64,000 nt of DNA from Selaginella moellendorffii. Lineage: Eukaryota; Plantae; Lycopodiophyta. Positions 1-11,901 of this stretch are shown piece after piece. Below the pieces are notes generated by a model. The model saw nothing but the letters and a program-made list of their open reading frames with translations. It was not told the DNA's origin and ran no database searches. The translations under genes were made by a program, and so were the position numbers. The stretch's first letter is position 1. Each line of letters begins with the position of its first letter. The DNA is taken from contig NW_003314289.1 of the NCBI RefSeq assembly GCF_000143415.4, positions 499,579 to 563,578 of the forward strand, in the 5' to 3' direction.

Positions 1-1066
1 AGCTCTACGCTTCCATGCATAATGAAGAAGAAAGACGACCAAACAAAGTTAGTGTGCTCGCGGCACTCAAGGCGTGTGGGAACTTAGCTGCTCGAAAACA
101 GGATGAAGAACACAGGGGAAAACAATCTAGAGAGAGTCGCAGCGATTCACTCACAGGCTGTAAGATCCGAGATCGAGATCGACACTCACCTGGGAAGCAG
201 CTTGGTGGATGCCTACGCGAGGTATGGAAGCCTGATCGATGCTCGCTCTATCTCACGACACCATCGCGTGGAACTCTCTCATCCTTGCTTACGTCGATTC
301 CGGCGACACCGAGCTTGGGCTAAAGTCATATCTGGAGATGAAGGAGCAAAGAAGCTGCTGCTCGCCAGATCGAATAACGTATCTCGCGGCTCTCAAAGCT
401 TGCGGTTACTTAGCAGCGCTGGAAACCGGGAGGATGATCCACGAAGAACTCCACGCCGAGAAGCTGGACTGCGAGACGAAGGTGGTGAACCCGTTGGTGG
501 ACTTCTACGGCAAGTGTGGGAGTTTAGTCGAGGCCCAGCAGGTTTTCGACGAGTTTCCGGCGGGATCCAGGAACTTGGTAACTTGGAACTCGCTGATGGC
601 GGCTTATGGCAACGCTGGAGAGGTGTGGAGGGTTCTCAAGCTCCTGGAGACGATGATCCAGCACAGGGAAGAGCCCGACTCGGTAACTTTTATGGTGGTT
701 CTCAGCGCTTGCAACCATGCGGGACTGGTGGAGCAAGGCCAGAACCTCTTCGAGGCTATGAGCTCCGAGTTTGGGATCTGGCCTTCGATCGAGCACTGCT
801 GCTGCGTGGTCGATCTCCTCTGTCGAGCCAACAGGATGGAAGAGGCAGTGATGCTGGTGACGGAGAGAAGCTCGAGTTTTTGCTCCTCATCATCGGCCAA
901 GCTCTGGATGGCGATCCTCTGCGCTTGCTACAAGGCGAGCAGCAATGTGGAATTTGCGAGGATTGCTTTCAAGGCTGTGGAACTGGATGAGAAAGTGGCG
1001 GTGGCTTATGTTATCATGGCAAGCATGGAAGAAATGGAAGAACTCTACGTCACGCCTATGTTTTGA
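1..1066 (+). pseudogene. PLS-class PPR (E-type) gene, 3' part, frameshifted paralogue of 5456..7936
   Basis: Near-identical to 6858..7936, but homology switches across three frames (ORFs 15, 103, 239). There is a +1 nt insertion near 117-125 and a net 17-nt deletion near 249. Confidence 0.88.
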
Positions 1067-1527
1067 TTATTGTTGCGAATATGCGCTTAGGGTTTTTGAA
1101 GTCAACATAAAATGTAGGCTCCATTGTCTTTCTTCAGCCTGTATCTAGGCAGTTTCTACGTTCCTTGCATGTTCATCCTTTCTAGCACGTCTGATTTAAA
1201 TACGAATATCTAAACTGATTATTTCTGAGACAGGTTGCATCTCCAACAAAAAGTCGTATGGAAATGTCAATGGCAAACCTTCTGGCTTAAGTTGTTTAGG
1301 ATATTAATATTATTATTTATGATTAATTAATATTTTGTAGAATTAATTTTATGAAGCTATCTGACTTACTAGTAATGTATAACCTGTTTTACCATTGAAG
1401 TTAGTATACTACGTGCGAGTATAAGAAAAATACGTGGTCAAGATACACTGTTGCACTAACTCATTCAGCCCACTATAAAAACTGGTTCTTCTCCGGTGTA
1501 TCCCAAAGGTGATTTGCAATAGCAACC

Positions 1528-2542
1528 ATGGCGACGATGCTTGAGGCCTTCGGTTCATTGAAGGAGATTGGTGAGATTGTTGGGAGTTTCGATTTCAGTA
1601 AGGTGAAGTGGAACCTGTCTTGTCTGAAGCAGTGCTTAATTTCAATCCTTGTGCAAAGCTGCAGATTGATGTGCGTTCCACGAGTGCCGAGGATTACCTC
1701 CACACAAACCTGGCACCGTCATTTGGGGACCTGAATGCAGAAACAGTGAAGAAGATGGATGAGGTTCTCAAGGTTTGCATCGCGGGAACCACCACTCTTC
1801 TCGCCAAAGTGCCACCAGAAGAGCGAACTTGGGAGAAGGTCAACTCCATGTTCATGCAAAACCCCCTGGTTGAGCCAATGGGTGACGGGGTTAGCAGAGC
1901 TGACAAGTTTATCAACAAAAGCTCTAATGATTTTAAGTTTGACGGGTCACCGGATTCGGCCATTGTGAGAGCAGTAAGTTCTGTGACATTATGTATTATA
2001 ACAGCAGAGCTCTACTAACCTTTGGGGCCTTCTCTCCTCACAGGTTCAGACCTGGTTTGTGAATTTCATTGCAGATCAGGACGTCCTGGAATCAACCAAG
2101 ATCAACATTGAAGTTCTTGGGAGCATCGTTGCTCAGTCAGGGGCAACCATTAACAGCTTTGAAACTATATTTGCCAAGCATGAGTACCACGAGAAAACCA
2201 TGGTTGACATTGGGGTGCTAAGGTACCCTGATATGCTCAACCCTTACTTCAAGGTTTGTGTCATGTTGCCAAGTATTTCAGTCAGCTCATGCTTTTAGCA
2301 TAGGTGTACCGCATCAAACTCTTTGCCTGGTCTGATAGCAGCCGTATTCTGTTCCATCAGGAGGATTCCAATGGCATCACTGGAGGTGAGATGTGTAATG
2401 TAACTTAATGCATGGTTTTTATGTCTTGCTTGCAGAGTTTAACTTCCGCAAGTTTAACCCACGTAAGGAAGTCATTGACAAGATGAACCCAAATGCCAAA
2501 AAAAAGGCTGTGGAGGATGCTGATAACATATTTGGTTTCTAG
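1528..2542 (+). CDS. Uncharacterised 260-aa protein, 5 exons (1528-1602, 1665-1973, 2044-2253, 2304-2385, 2436-2542)
   Basis: All four introns are GT-AG with compatible phases. They give one open frame MATMLEAF...DIGVLRYPD...YRIKLFAWSDS...NIFGF*. A paralogue lies at 8849-9704. Confidence 0.85.
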
Positions 2543-2639
2543 TATCAAGGCTGCATGTCATCTACTTGAAAATAACAGCTATTCTTCTTTTTTATACTGT
2601 TTTTTTCTATGATTATGTTATGTTACATTGCCATGCTCA

Positions 2640-4020
2640 AATCATATAATGCTAAACCTTCCATTGATCTCTGAGTTGTTGAAGCGTTTATCCAAAGTTT
2701 GGTTCTTCATCAAGATTGACTTATGTAGTGCTTCCAATCTCATTTATATTCATGAGGGTGATTTGGAAAATAACTTTTTGTACATGTTATGGCCACTTTG
2801 AATACAGAAAAATGCTTTTTGGTTTAACTAACACTTTTATTATTTTGTACCATAATGACTTTCATGATTTTTGTAATCTCTTCATTGCCACCTCTTTTGA
2901 CAATAATTTTATCTTCTTTAAGACTCAAAAAATTTGCAACCATAATGTTTATATTGTCCTCTAGTACTTTTAACAATAAACCATTTTATAAAGTTAATAA
3001 ATGTTCTTCTAATCAAAATTTGGTAGAGTTTTTGAGTTATATAATTTCCTCATGTGGCATTATTATAGACTTTGCTAAGGTTTCCATCATTCTTATGTGG
3101 CAACACTCAACTTTTGTTCATAATGTTTAATAATTCTTTGTCTATATGAATTTATTTTAGTGTTTTATTCAGGACTTCTTTAAAATTACTCTTCTTCAAA
3201 TGTAATTTATTTTAAAGGATTTATTTATTTATTTTGCCCAAATTTCTTATGATCTCCTGAAGTTTTTTTGCCTTTGGACAACATGAAATTATATTTTGTT
3301 AAGGTAAATACTTCAAATTTCATTTTGGGTGCTATTTTGCTACAAGAGGGACTAAATAGCAAACTTTATCTGATTATTTTTCATTCTTGGAAATACACAG
3401 ATGTAAATATTAATTATGAAATCTTCAATAAAGAACTTTTGCAATTGTAGACCTTTTTAAAATGTTATTTCTTTGAAAATTCTCTAACATATAACCACTG
3501 CTTACATTGATCACAAAACCCCTAATATTTATATCAATTTGAGGATGTGTGTCAAAAATAATTGGCAAACAGGAATTTAATTGCTGCCATCCTTAACTCA
3601 AAGTATTAAAGTTCTGGTATTCTCTTAATAATTATACTTAGGAACCAATTTAGAGATTGGGTTTTGTTTTATAGAATTCTATTTTTATCATTTTTATGAT
3701 TGTGGAGTACTATATATGTCTTCTCCTCAATTTTCTCCTTCTGTTTTATAAAATTTTATTTTAATCATTTTTATGATTATGGAGTAATATATATGTCTTC
3801 TCCTCAATTTTCTCCTTCTGTCACCCAACAGAAATCCACTTTCAATTCTTGAGATCATACTATAATAAAGCACTACTTTTTCTTCACCCAATCTCAAAGA
3901 CTATTTAATAGATAAGAAAATGAAGTAAATATGAATGATAAATTTAAATTACTTCCAAAAATGAAGTCATTAGATCATCTCTTCTAAAAAAGAGCATTTA
4001 AGAGTGAGACATTATAACAC
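2640..4020 (+). mobile_element. Highly degenerate Ty3/gypsy pol remnant (RT/RNase H)
   Basis: Translations KITFCTCYGHFEYRKMLFGLTN and VNTSNFILGAILLQ...INYEIFNKELL match eroded gypsy RT and RNase H motifs. AT-rich with many stops. Confidence 0.75.
3665..3821 (+). repeat. Two-copy tandem duplication, about 77 bp unit
   Basis: tgttttata...tttttatgatt...gtcttctcctcaattttctccttctgt occurs twice in tandem. Confidence 0.8.
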
Positions 4021-4682
4021 TCTTCCATGCCTTGATTTTGAAAGGCATCCCTTTTTCTTCTTTTGAAAAGTTTTATTTTTGGTCTACCTTTCATCTTGAA
4101 AGTTTAAAAAATATTTTGAGTTTCAAAAGTAAGTTTTTTATTTGATAACTTTTAAGTACAATTTTGTTCTTCATGCCAGTAATCAATTATAAGCTAATAA
4201 TCTATATCCATAGTGTCAGGAGCTAAAAATGACTCCCCAATTTGCAAGAAACCCTAGATGATGTGGCAAAAGAAGCCATGTGTACAAAATTGGCCACATC
4301 GCTAGCATATGGTATACAAATTATCTTTTAAAAAAAATTTCATTAGTTATGAAATCGATTTCCATAGTCATTATACATATTTTAGACAGCAATTTAAATT
4401 AAAGCTGAATTTATTAGTAGACTAAGGGATTATACCTAGGTATTATCTAGGCAATGGAGAGCACATTGAATATGGAGATCGTGAATTGGCTTGTTTATTA
4501 AGTCTGAAAGGTAATAAGAATAGGAACATCGATTTTCATCTAGAAGCATTTAAGGTGTAGCATGTGGCCCTTGACTATGTAATGTAAGCAGCTTCTTGTT
4601 TAAAGTGGTGCTCTCTAGTTCACGAATCCTTATTTCAAGCTGATTAGTTTGTCTCTCTGGATAACTTCACAGCAACATCAAG

Positions 4683-4937
4683 ATGAAGGCTGTACTAGTT
4701 TGTTTCCTTGTGATAATTCTTGGCTACTACGCAACTCCTATTTTTCAAGGCTACTACTTCAACACTCCTAATGAATCTTGTGATCAGGAGGACAGAGTCT
4801 GCACTGGTAAGATGTATGGGAAGCTTAGTGGCCACAACTGTAAAAACAAAGGTGGGAAACATTATGGATATCAAGGCGATTGTCTGAAAATCAACCAAGC
4901 AATGGGACTTGAGGGTGGATGTTGCTACTTGAGCTGA
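4683..4937 (+). CDS. Small secreted cysteine-rich peptide (84 aa)
   Basis: Hydrophobic N-terminal signal-like segment and six Cys in the putative mature part, ending GGCCYLS. A decayed paralogue lies at 21761-21955. Confidence 0.75.
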   Translation: MKAVLVCFLVIILGYYATPIFQGYYFNTPNESCDQEDRVCTGKMYGKLSGHNCKNKGGKHYGYQGDCLKINQAMGLEGGCCYLS

Positions 4938-5455
4938 ATCACTTAGAGACATTGACATTCACTTACTATCAAGATGCAAGAAATTTGATAATCAGCTAAA
5001 TTGCAGAATGCTAGTAGTTTCTCATCACAGAAGATTTCTAATAAAACATTCTAACAAGTCCTATGCAAGAGGAGGTCACACCGCATGACTTCCCGACGAG
5101 TTTAACATGCTAAAGCAGTATCACAATTTTGGTACAGGTACCTTCGATTAGCCAAGTTTGCAATGCGGGCGAGCTGCGCGATCTCAGTGTGAGCACTTTC
5201 TTAGCTTGTTGATCATCAGACCTTGTGATCTGGAAGAAAGAAAACCAATGGTCACTACCTGGATAGAAAAAAAAAAAAGAGAGGAAACTTACCTTTGAGA
5301 ATACCCAGTAGCTTCTGCCTCTTTCTTCTCTCCGGTTCGCTCTCACTCACTGCTGCTACGTTTGCTCCTCTTTCTTCGTCCTTCCTCGCCTCTTCTCTTT
5401 CTCGTCCTAGTTTCTTTAGGGTTCTTCGCAAATCTAGGGTTTTTCAAAATGTAGC

Positions 5456-7936
5456 ATGAAAATCCATGCCAAGGGGAAATGCTCGGGATCGTCGGGCAGT
5501 GGCGCCTCGAAATCCATCAAGATCTACGAGAATCTCCGCCGGGATGGCCTCCAGCCAAGCATTTCCATCGTTCTTGCGGCTCTCAAGGTATGCATCGGCG
5601 CGAAATATCTCGCGGCAGGGGCAAGAATCCACAGCGATCTGGCCGACCGCTGGAGCAGCAGCATCTACGTCGCCAACAATCTCATCTCCATGTACGCTCG
5701 ATGCGGCAGCATGGCCGACGCGCGCCTCGTCTTCCAATCAATGGAGCAGCGAGCTCTGGTCGATCTGGTCTCGTGGAATGCCATGATCCAGGGCTACTCC
5801 GAGAATGGGGACTTTGAATCGGCCTTGCGGTGGTTTCTCAGGATGAAAGACGAGGGATTCGAGCCCGATGGTCGATCTTTCGTGGCTGCCCTCAAGGCCT
5901 GTGCTTCGATCGAGAAGGAGGAAAGGATCAAAAGGAAAGAAGATCGAACAAGAGCTCTCTTGGAGAAGGTCCGGGAGATTCACAGGGACGTTTCTTCTTC
6001 TTCCAGGGATACTTTCGTCGCAAACGCACTGATAGAGGCTTATGGAAGCTGTGGAAGCTTGGAGGAGGCAGTGGTGGTTTTCGAGAGCATGGAAGAAGTG
6101 GACTTGGTTTCGTGGACTTCGATCATCGTCCAGTGCGTGGAGAATGGTGAATCCAGGAGAGGACTCGAGTTCTTCGACCGGATGGTGAAGAGTGGATTCG
6201 TTCCAGATGGTCGGACCTTGGTTGCCGCTCTCAAAGCTTGCGAAGGTGTTTTAGAGGAAGAGCGAGGAGATGGAAAGCTATCATCCGGCTGCTTGGGAAG
6301 AATCAGAGAAATTCACTCTCGAGCATCTTTGACATCCTCGGAGCTGGATCTATTCGTGGCGAACACACTCGTTGGAGCTTATGCCAGAGCTGGAAGCTTG
6401 GATGACGCTCGTGAAGTTTTTGACAAGATTATTCAGCGAGACCCAGTCTCATGGACTAAAATGCTCCTAGGATACGTCGACGCTGGCGAGCCCGAGCTCG
6501 CGCTAGAATTATACTCACGCATGAGAAGCGAAGGATCTACTTTACCGAGCGAAGTGACTGTCGTGGCTGCTCTCAAGGCGTGCTCGAGCTTGGCTCACGA
6601 CGAGCAAGCGACGATAGTCGATGGAAAACTTGTGAAGATCAAGTCTTTGGAGAAAGGGATGGCTGTTCATGCAGATCAAGGTGGTTTTCTCGGACGGGAC
6701 ACTGTGATGGCGAACAGCTTGGTGGACTTTTACTCCAGATGCAAGGAGGTGGAGCTTGCTCGTCGGGTCTTTGATGGGATCCAGCACCGGACTACTGTGT
6801 CCTGGAACTCCATGATGATGGGATGCGTCGAGAATGACGAGCCAGAGGTGGCTCTGGAGCTCTATGCTTCCATGCATAACGAAGAAGAAGGACGACCAAA
6901 CAAAGTTAGTGTGCTCGCGGCACTCAAGGCGTGTGGGAACTTAGCTGCTCGAAAACAGGATCAAGAACACAGGAAAAAACACCTAGAGAAAGTCGCAGCG
7001 ATTCACTCACAAGCTCTAAGATCCGAGATCGAGATCGACACTCACCTGGGAAGCAGCTTGGTGGATGCCTATGCGAGGTGTGGAAGCCTGATCGATGCTC
7101 GCTCCGTTTTCCAGCAGATGAAAACTCACGACACCATCGCGTGGAACTCTCTCATCCTTGCTTACGTCGATTCCGGCGACGCCGAGCTTGGGCTAAAGTC
7201 ATATCTGGAGATGAAGAAGCAAAGCTGCTGCTCGCCAGATCGAGTAACGTATCTCGCGGCTCTCAAAGCTTGCGGTTACTTAGCAGCGCTGGAAACCGGG
7301 AGGATGATCCACAAAGAACTCCACGCCGAGAAGCTGGACTGCGAGACGAAGGTGGTGAACGCGCTGGTGGACTTCTACGGCAAGTGTGGGAGTTTAGTCG
7401 AGGCCCAGCAGGTTTTCGACGAGTTTCCAGCGGGATCCAGGAACTTGGTAACTTGGAACTCGCTGATGGCGGCTTATGGCAACGCTGGAGAGGTGTGGAG
7501 GGTTCTCAAGCTCCTGGAGACGATGATCCAGCACAGGGAAGAGCCCGACTCGGTAAGTTTTATGGTGGTTCTCAGCGCTTGCAACCATGCCGGACTGGTG
7601 GAGCAAGGCCAGAACCTCTTCGAGGCTATGAGCTCCGAGTTTGGGATCTGGCCTTCGATCGAGCACTGCTGCTGCGTGGTCGATCTCCTCTGTCGAGCCA
7701 ACAGGATGGAAGAGGCAGTGATGCTGGTGACGGAGAGAAGCTCGAGTTTTTGCTCGCCGTCGTCGGCCAAGCTCTGGATGGCGATCCTCTGCGCTTGCTA
7801 CAAGGCGAGCAGCAATGTGGAATTTGCGAGGATTGCTTTCAAGGCTGTAGTGGAACTGGATGAGAAAGTGGCGGGGGCTTATGTTCTCATGGCAAGCATG
7901 GAAGAAATGGAAGAACTCAAAACTTCCCGCCTGTGA
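5456..7936 (+). CDS. Pentatricopeptide repeat protein, PLS class with C-terminal E-like domain, no DYW (826 aa)
   Basis: Intronless ORF with repeated PPR motifs (VANNLISMYARCGS, VSWNAMIQGY, FVAALKAC). It ends EHCCCVVDLLCRA...LWMAILCAC...AYVLMASM. Confidence 0.95.
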   Translation: MKIHAKGKCSGSSGSGASKSIKIYENLRRDGLQPSISIVLAALKVCIGAKYLAAGARIHSDLADRWSSSIYVANNLISMYARCGSMADARLVFQSMEQRALVDLVSWNAMIQGYSENGDFESALRWFLRMKDEGFEPDGRSFVAALKACASIEKEERIKRKEDRTRALLEKVREIHRDVSSSSRDTFVANALIEAYGSCGSLEEAVVVFESMEEVDLVSWTSIIVQCVENGESRRGLEFFDRMVKSGFVPDGRTLVAALKACEGVLEEERGDGKLSSGCLGRIREIHSRASLTSSELDLFVANTLVGAYARAGSLDDAREVFDKIIQRDPVSWTKMLLGYVDAGEPELALELYSRMRSEGSTLPSEVTVVAALKACSSLAHDEQATIVDGKLVKIKSLEKGMAVHADQGGFLGRDTVMANSLVDFYSRCKEVELARRVFDGIQHRTTVSWNSMMMGCVENDEPEVALELYASMHNEEEGRPNKVSVLAALKACGNLAARKQDQEHRKKHLEKVAAIHSQALRSEIEIDTHLGSSLVDAYARCGSLIDARSVFQQMKTHDTIAWNSLILAYVDSGDAELGLKSYLEMKKQSCCSPDRVTYLAALKACGYLAALETGRMIHKELHAEKLDCETKVVNALVDFYGKCGSLVEAQQVFDEFPAGSRNLVTWNSLMAAYGNAGEVWRVLKLLETMIQHREEPDSVSFMVVLSACNHAGLVEQGQNLFEAMSSEFGIWPSIEHCCCVVDLLCRANRMEEAVMLVTERSSSFCSPSSAKLWMAILCACYKASSNVEFARIAFKAVVELDEKVAGAYVLMASMEEMEELKTSRL

Positions 7937-8407
7937 TTTGATTATTGTTGCGAATATGCGCTTAGGGTTTTTGGGTGGTGGAGGCAGTTTCTATTGTTCA
8001 TCCTTCCTAGCTATTTGATGGCGACTGGAACAAAGTGATAAGAACATGATTTAAATATGGATAGCTAAACTGATTAATTCTGAGACTGGTTGCATCTCCA
8101 ACAAATTGATGAAGTTGTCTTTATGACCACTTGTGCACCTGTGGAAATGTCAATGGCAAACCTGTTGCTCAGCAACTTAAGTTACTCAAGTTGAAATCCT
8201 CAGCAGATCCTGTTCAACCAACATGATGTAAATAACTAAACTGGCAATCTACAAAGTCATATGTTTGTGGATCCAAAACAAAAAGAGTGTGAACAACAAG
8301 CACAAATTATAATAGTAATTTAATAATAAAAATATTATAGTTTAAATGTAATTTATGGTTAATATGATTCTTCATTTAAAGTGCAATATTTGTTATCTGA
8401 CTTATTA

Positions 8408-8735
8408 ATTTATTAAAAATAATTTGCTATGTATTGCATGTAGCAACACTTTTTTTTTAAATAGTAGTGTTATTCCTATTTATTAATCCAATTGATCAAA
8501 TGGAAGTTTATATTATAAACATGTTAATAATTTATAAAAACAAAAAAATCTTATTGAATATCAGCAATTACATGGTATAATAAACTAGAATATACTAGGA
8601 AGTGTTTAAGTTTATAAATTATAAACATGTTTATAGATTATAAATACAAGATTAATCTAAATGAATAACGACCATTAAATGGTATAATTCTAGAATATCC
8701 AAATATATTCTATGTATATTCTTAATCGAACCAAA
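8408..8735 (+). repeat. AT-rich dispersed repeat (probable non-autonomous DNA element), copy 1
   Basis: Homologous to 13770-14015 and, inverted, to 53882-54180. Absent from the paralogous site near 1365-1377. Confidence 0.7.
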
Positions 8736-8848
8736 AAATGTATAATCTATTTTACCATTAAAGCTGCTCACTAAACTAACTCATTCCGCCCATTATAAAA
8801 ATTGAGTTTTCTCCGGTACCTATCCCAAAGTTGATTTGCAATGCGACC

Positions 8849-9704
8849 ATGGAAACGATGCTTGGGGCCTTCGGTTCATTGGTGAGATTGTGGGGAGTTT
8901 CGATTTCAGTAATGTGAAGTGGAACCTGTTTTGTCTGAAGCAGTGCTTAATTTCGTTCCTTATGCAAAGCTGCAGATTGGTGTGCGTTCCGAGAGTGCCG
9001 AGGATTACCTCCACACAAACCTGGCACCGTCATTTGGGGGCCTGAATGCAGAAACAGTGAAGAAGACGGATGAGGTTCTCAAGGTTTTCGTCTCGGGAAC
9101 CACCGTTCTCGCAAAAGTGCCACCGAAAGAACGAACTTGGGAGAAGGTCAACTCCATGTTCATGCAAAACCCCCTGGTTGAGCCAATGGGTGACAGGGTT
9201 AGCAGAGCTGACAAGTTTATCAACAAAAGCTCTAATGATTTTAAGTTCGACGGGTCACCGGATTCGGCCATTGTTAGAGCGGTAAATTCTGTGGCATTAT
9301 GTATTATAGCAGCAGAGCTCTACTAGCCTTTTGGGCCTTCTCTCCCCACAGGGTTTGTGAATCTCATTCCAGTTCAGGACGTCCTGGAATCAACCAAGAT
9401 CAACATTGAAGTTCTTGGGCGGCCGACCATTAACAGCTTTGAAACTTTATTTGCCAAGCATGAGTATCACGAGAAGACCATGGTTGACATTGGGGCGCTA
9501 AGGTACCCTGATATGCTCAACCCGTACTTCAAGGTTTGTGTCAGGCTGCCTTTAGTATTTCAGTCAACTCATATTTTGAGCACAGGTGTACCACATTAAA
9601 CTCTTTGCCTGGTCTGATAGCAATTGTATTCTGTTGATTCCAATGGCAAGGTGAGTGTCTAATGTAAACTAAAAAAGAAGGCTATGATAACATATTTGGT
9701 TTCT
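8849..9704 (+). pseudogene. Pseudogene of the 5-exon orphan gene at 1528-2542
   Basis: Same exon layout, with a 10-nt deletion in exon 1, deletions in exons 3 and 4, and most of exon 5 lost. Confidence 0.88.
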
Positions 9705-9927
9705 GCTACCCCCTAAAAATAACAGTTGTTTTTCTTTTTTCTACTGTTTTTCTTCAGTTTACAGTTTCGTGAATTTTTATCTTACTAATACCAAACTATA
9801 TGTTGATACTGAAGATTTAAGATCTCTAAAAGTGATTCTTAATGTTTCTCAGTTACTATAACGCTAACATATTATCAGTAGATCATAGAGCAGTTATTTA
9901 TCCCAAAGGTAGGTGGCAAACTAGCTC

Positions 9928-10158
9928 ATGGAACCTGGATGCAAACTCGGGATCGTCAGGCAGCGGCGTCTTGAAATCCATCAAGATCTACAAGAATCTT
10001 TGCCATTTCCATCGTTCTTGTGGATGCATCAGCGCGATATCTCACAACAGGGGCAAGAATCTGGCTGATTGGTGGAGTAGTGTACACAGCATGGCCACAC
10101 GCCTCTCTTCCAATCAATGCATCAGCGAGCTCTGGTGTGGAATGCCATGATCCAGGGC
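9928..10158 (+). pseudogene. Deletion-riddled 5' fragment of the PPR gene
   Basis: ctcgggatcgtc...aaatccatcaagatcta...ggaatgccatgatccagggc is colinear with 5482-5794 but has many short deletions. Confidence 0.8.
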
Positions 10159-10187
10159 AGCTCCAACATTGAATCGGCCCAGCAGTG

Positions 10188-10920
10188 TCCAGATAGCATA
10201 TTGTTGCTAAGAACCACCAAGTAATCTCTATATATAACACCTGGAAGATTGTTGTGACTGAAATGCAATGTCTCAAGCTCACGGCACTCGCCAATTGTTG
10301 CTAGTATCCTGCCTCAAGATTGTTACCCCAAAGGATGATGTTGAAGCTTTGAAAGTCTGTCCCATATATCCACTGGAGGTGACCCCGTCACAAAATTGAT
10401 ACGCAGATCGAGCATTTCTAAGTTACCACAGTTCATGGCTAAGTTTAAAACAGGACCACGCAACCTGTTGTATAAAGACTGAAGTCTGGAATTTGAAAGA
10501 CGTCTGCGTGAACATGTTGCAGCTCAAGTCTGTAAAACTGTTGTTAGAACCTCTACTTAAAAACTTCAGGTAAACTTTGATTGGCAAATACTAAGAGAAA
10601 TTATCTAGATTAGTGCTTGTTTGACAAGTTGAGCACCTTCAAAGCATCACAATCCTTGCAAACAACTGTTCCAGAAATGTTGTTAAGAGAGACGTCCAAG
10701 TCCTGCAGACTCGTGCAATGCTCAATCCAAAGTTGATAAGAAATTGGACGAAACATCATTGAGAACATTCTCTGTCATATTATTTGAAGCCACTGAAAGC
10801 TCTAGTAGACTCACAAAACATATCTTGAGGGATGCTTCAACCTCTAAAGCTCCAGCATCTGCATGATCATGAAAGACAAGTCTGACAAGAAGTAGGACAA
10901 TAAAAGTAGCATGGATCCAT
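10188..10920 (-). pseudogene. Degenerate LRR receptor-like protein fragment (paralogue of 14857-17101)
   Basis: Colinear blocks with 15768-17101 (ccagatagcatattgttg; ttgttaccccaaaggat; gcatggatccat) with numerous deletions. Confidence 0.82.
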
Positions 10921-11901
10921 TAGAATTTAGAATGCAACCGCAAGAATAAATGCTAACAGATTGTTCAAGTCCGTCTGCACTGCAGGGAAGTTCTTTCGAA
11001 AACCAATCATGTCACTGGACTCACGGAAGTGAAGATCTGGAGAATATATGGCACACATGACTTTGACCTGCTGGATCCTTGAAATCGGCAGAGTGAGTCC
11101 TGACAGCACAAGACTTCTTTCTTCCCCTATAGACAGTTTCCTACTTGTCCTTCATTCCCAAATCTTTCAAACCCATGCATGGATTAGGAGGAAATCCTCA
11201 TTTCGGGACCACGAGCTCAGGAGAGTATGGCTACGTGAGTTTGACCAGCTGGATCCAGAGACATTGGGAACCAAGTCATAACTAAATGAAGAATTTGAGA
11301 CCAATTTCAGCTTCTCATTCTGAACAGCAAATCTGGATGTCTCGTCACCGCCAGCTGCAAACTCAAAATGTGAACAGAGAAAAGTCATACTTGCCTGCCT
11401 AGCTTCAATAATGAGAACTAGCATCTGTTACCTCTTTCAATGCTGATTGCATTGAAAGTCTACCAACATGCTTTTCAAGCTTTAAATTAAGACAAAATAC
11501 AGTACATTTACCTTCTGTTTGGCTCTTAATGCGTTCATCGGTCAGCCTTCATTTTGATAAGTAGCAACATCGAAATTCCAAAGGTCAACTTTATTTACCT
11601 TCCATTGCATTTGGTCCTTGACCTTCAGAATTCCAAGGGAGGTATTTTCCAGTGGAACCCTAAGGGTTTCCCAAGAACCCTAAAACTAGGTGTTTCTGAA
11701 TCAGCCACATTTCGCGGAACCAGCTTGCAGAAATAAAAAAGAATCTAGTGACATCCATGATTGGCAAATCCTCAGGGCGATTGGTGGAGCAGGGTGCTCT
11801 CTTTCCCTCCAGCTCCTAGGAAGAAAAATTGTTTTCCCGCCCATGAATTTTAAAAGTAGAGATTATTCTTGCGAAGATGCGTTTAGGGCTCTTGAGAGGA
11901 G

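Noticed and set aside
6931-7863. 310-aa alternative-frame ORF and antisense ORFs over the PPR genes
   Set aside because: Shadow frames of GC-rich coding sequence with no independent motifs.
10950-11520. Possible minus-strand exon fragments (similarly 5110-5346 and 17205-17598)
   Set aside because: Splice-like signals are present, but I could not build a coherent or recognisable protein.
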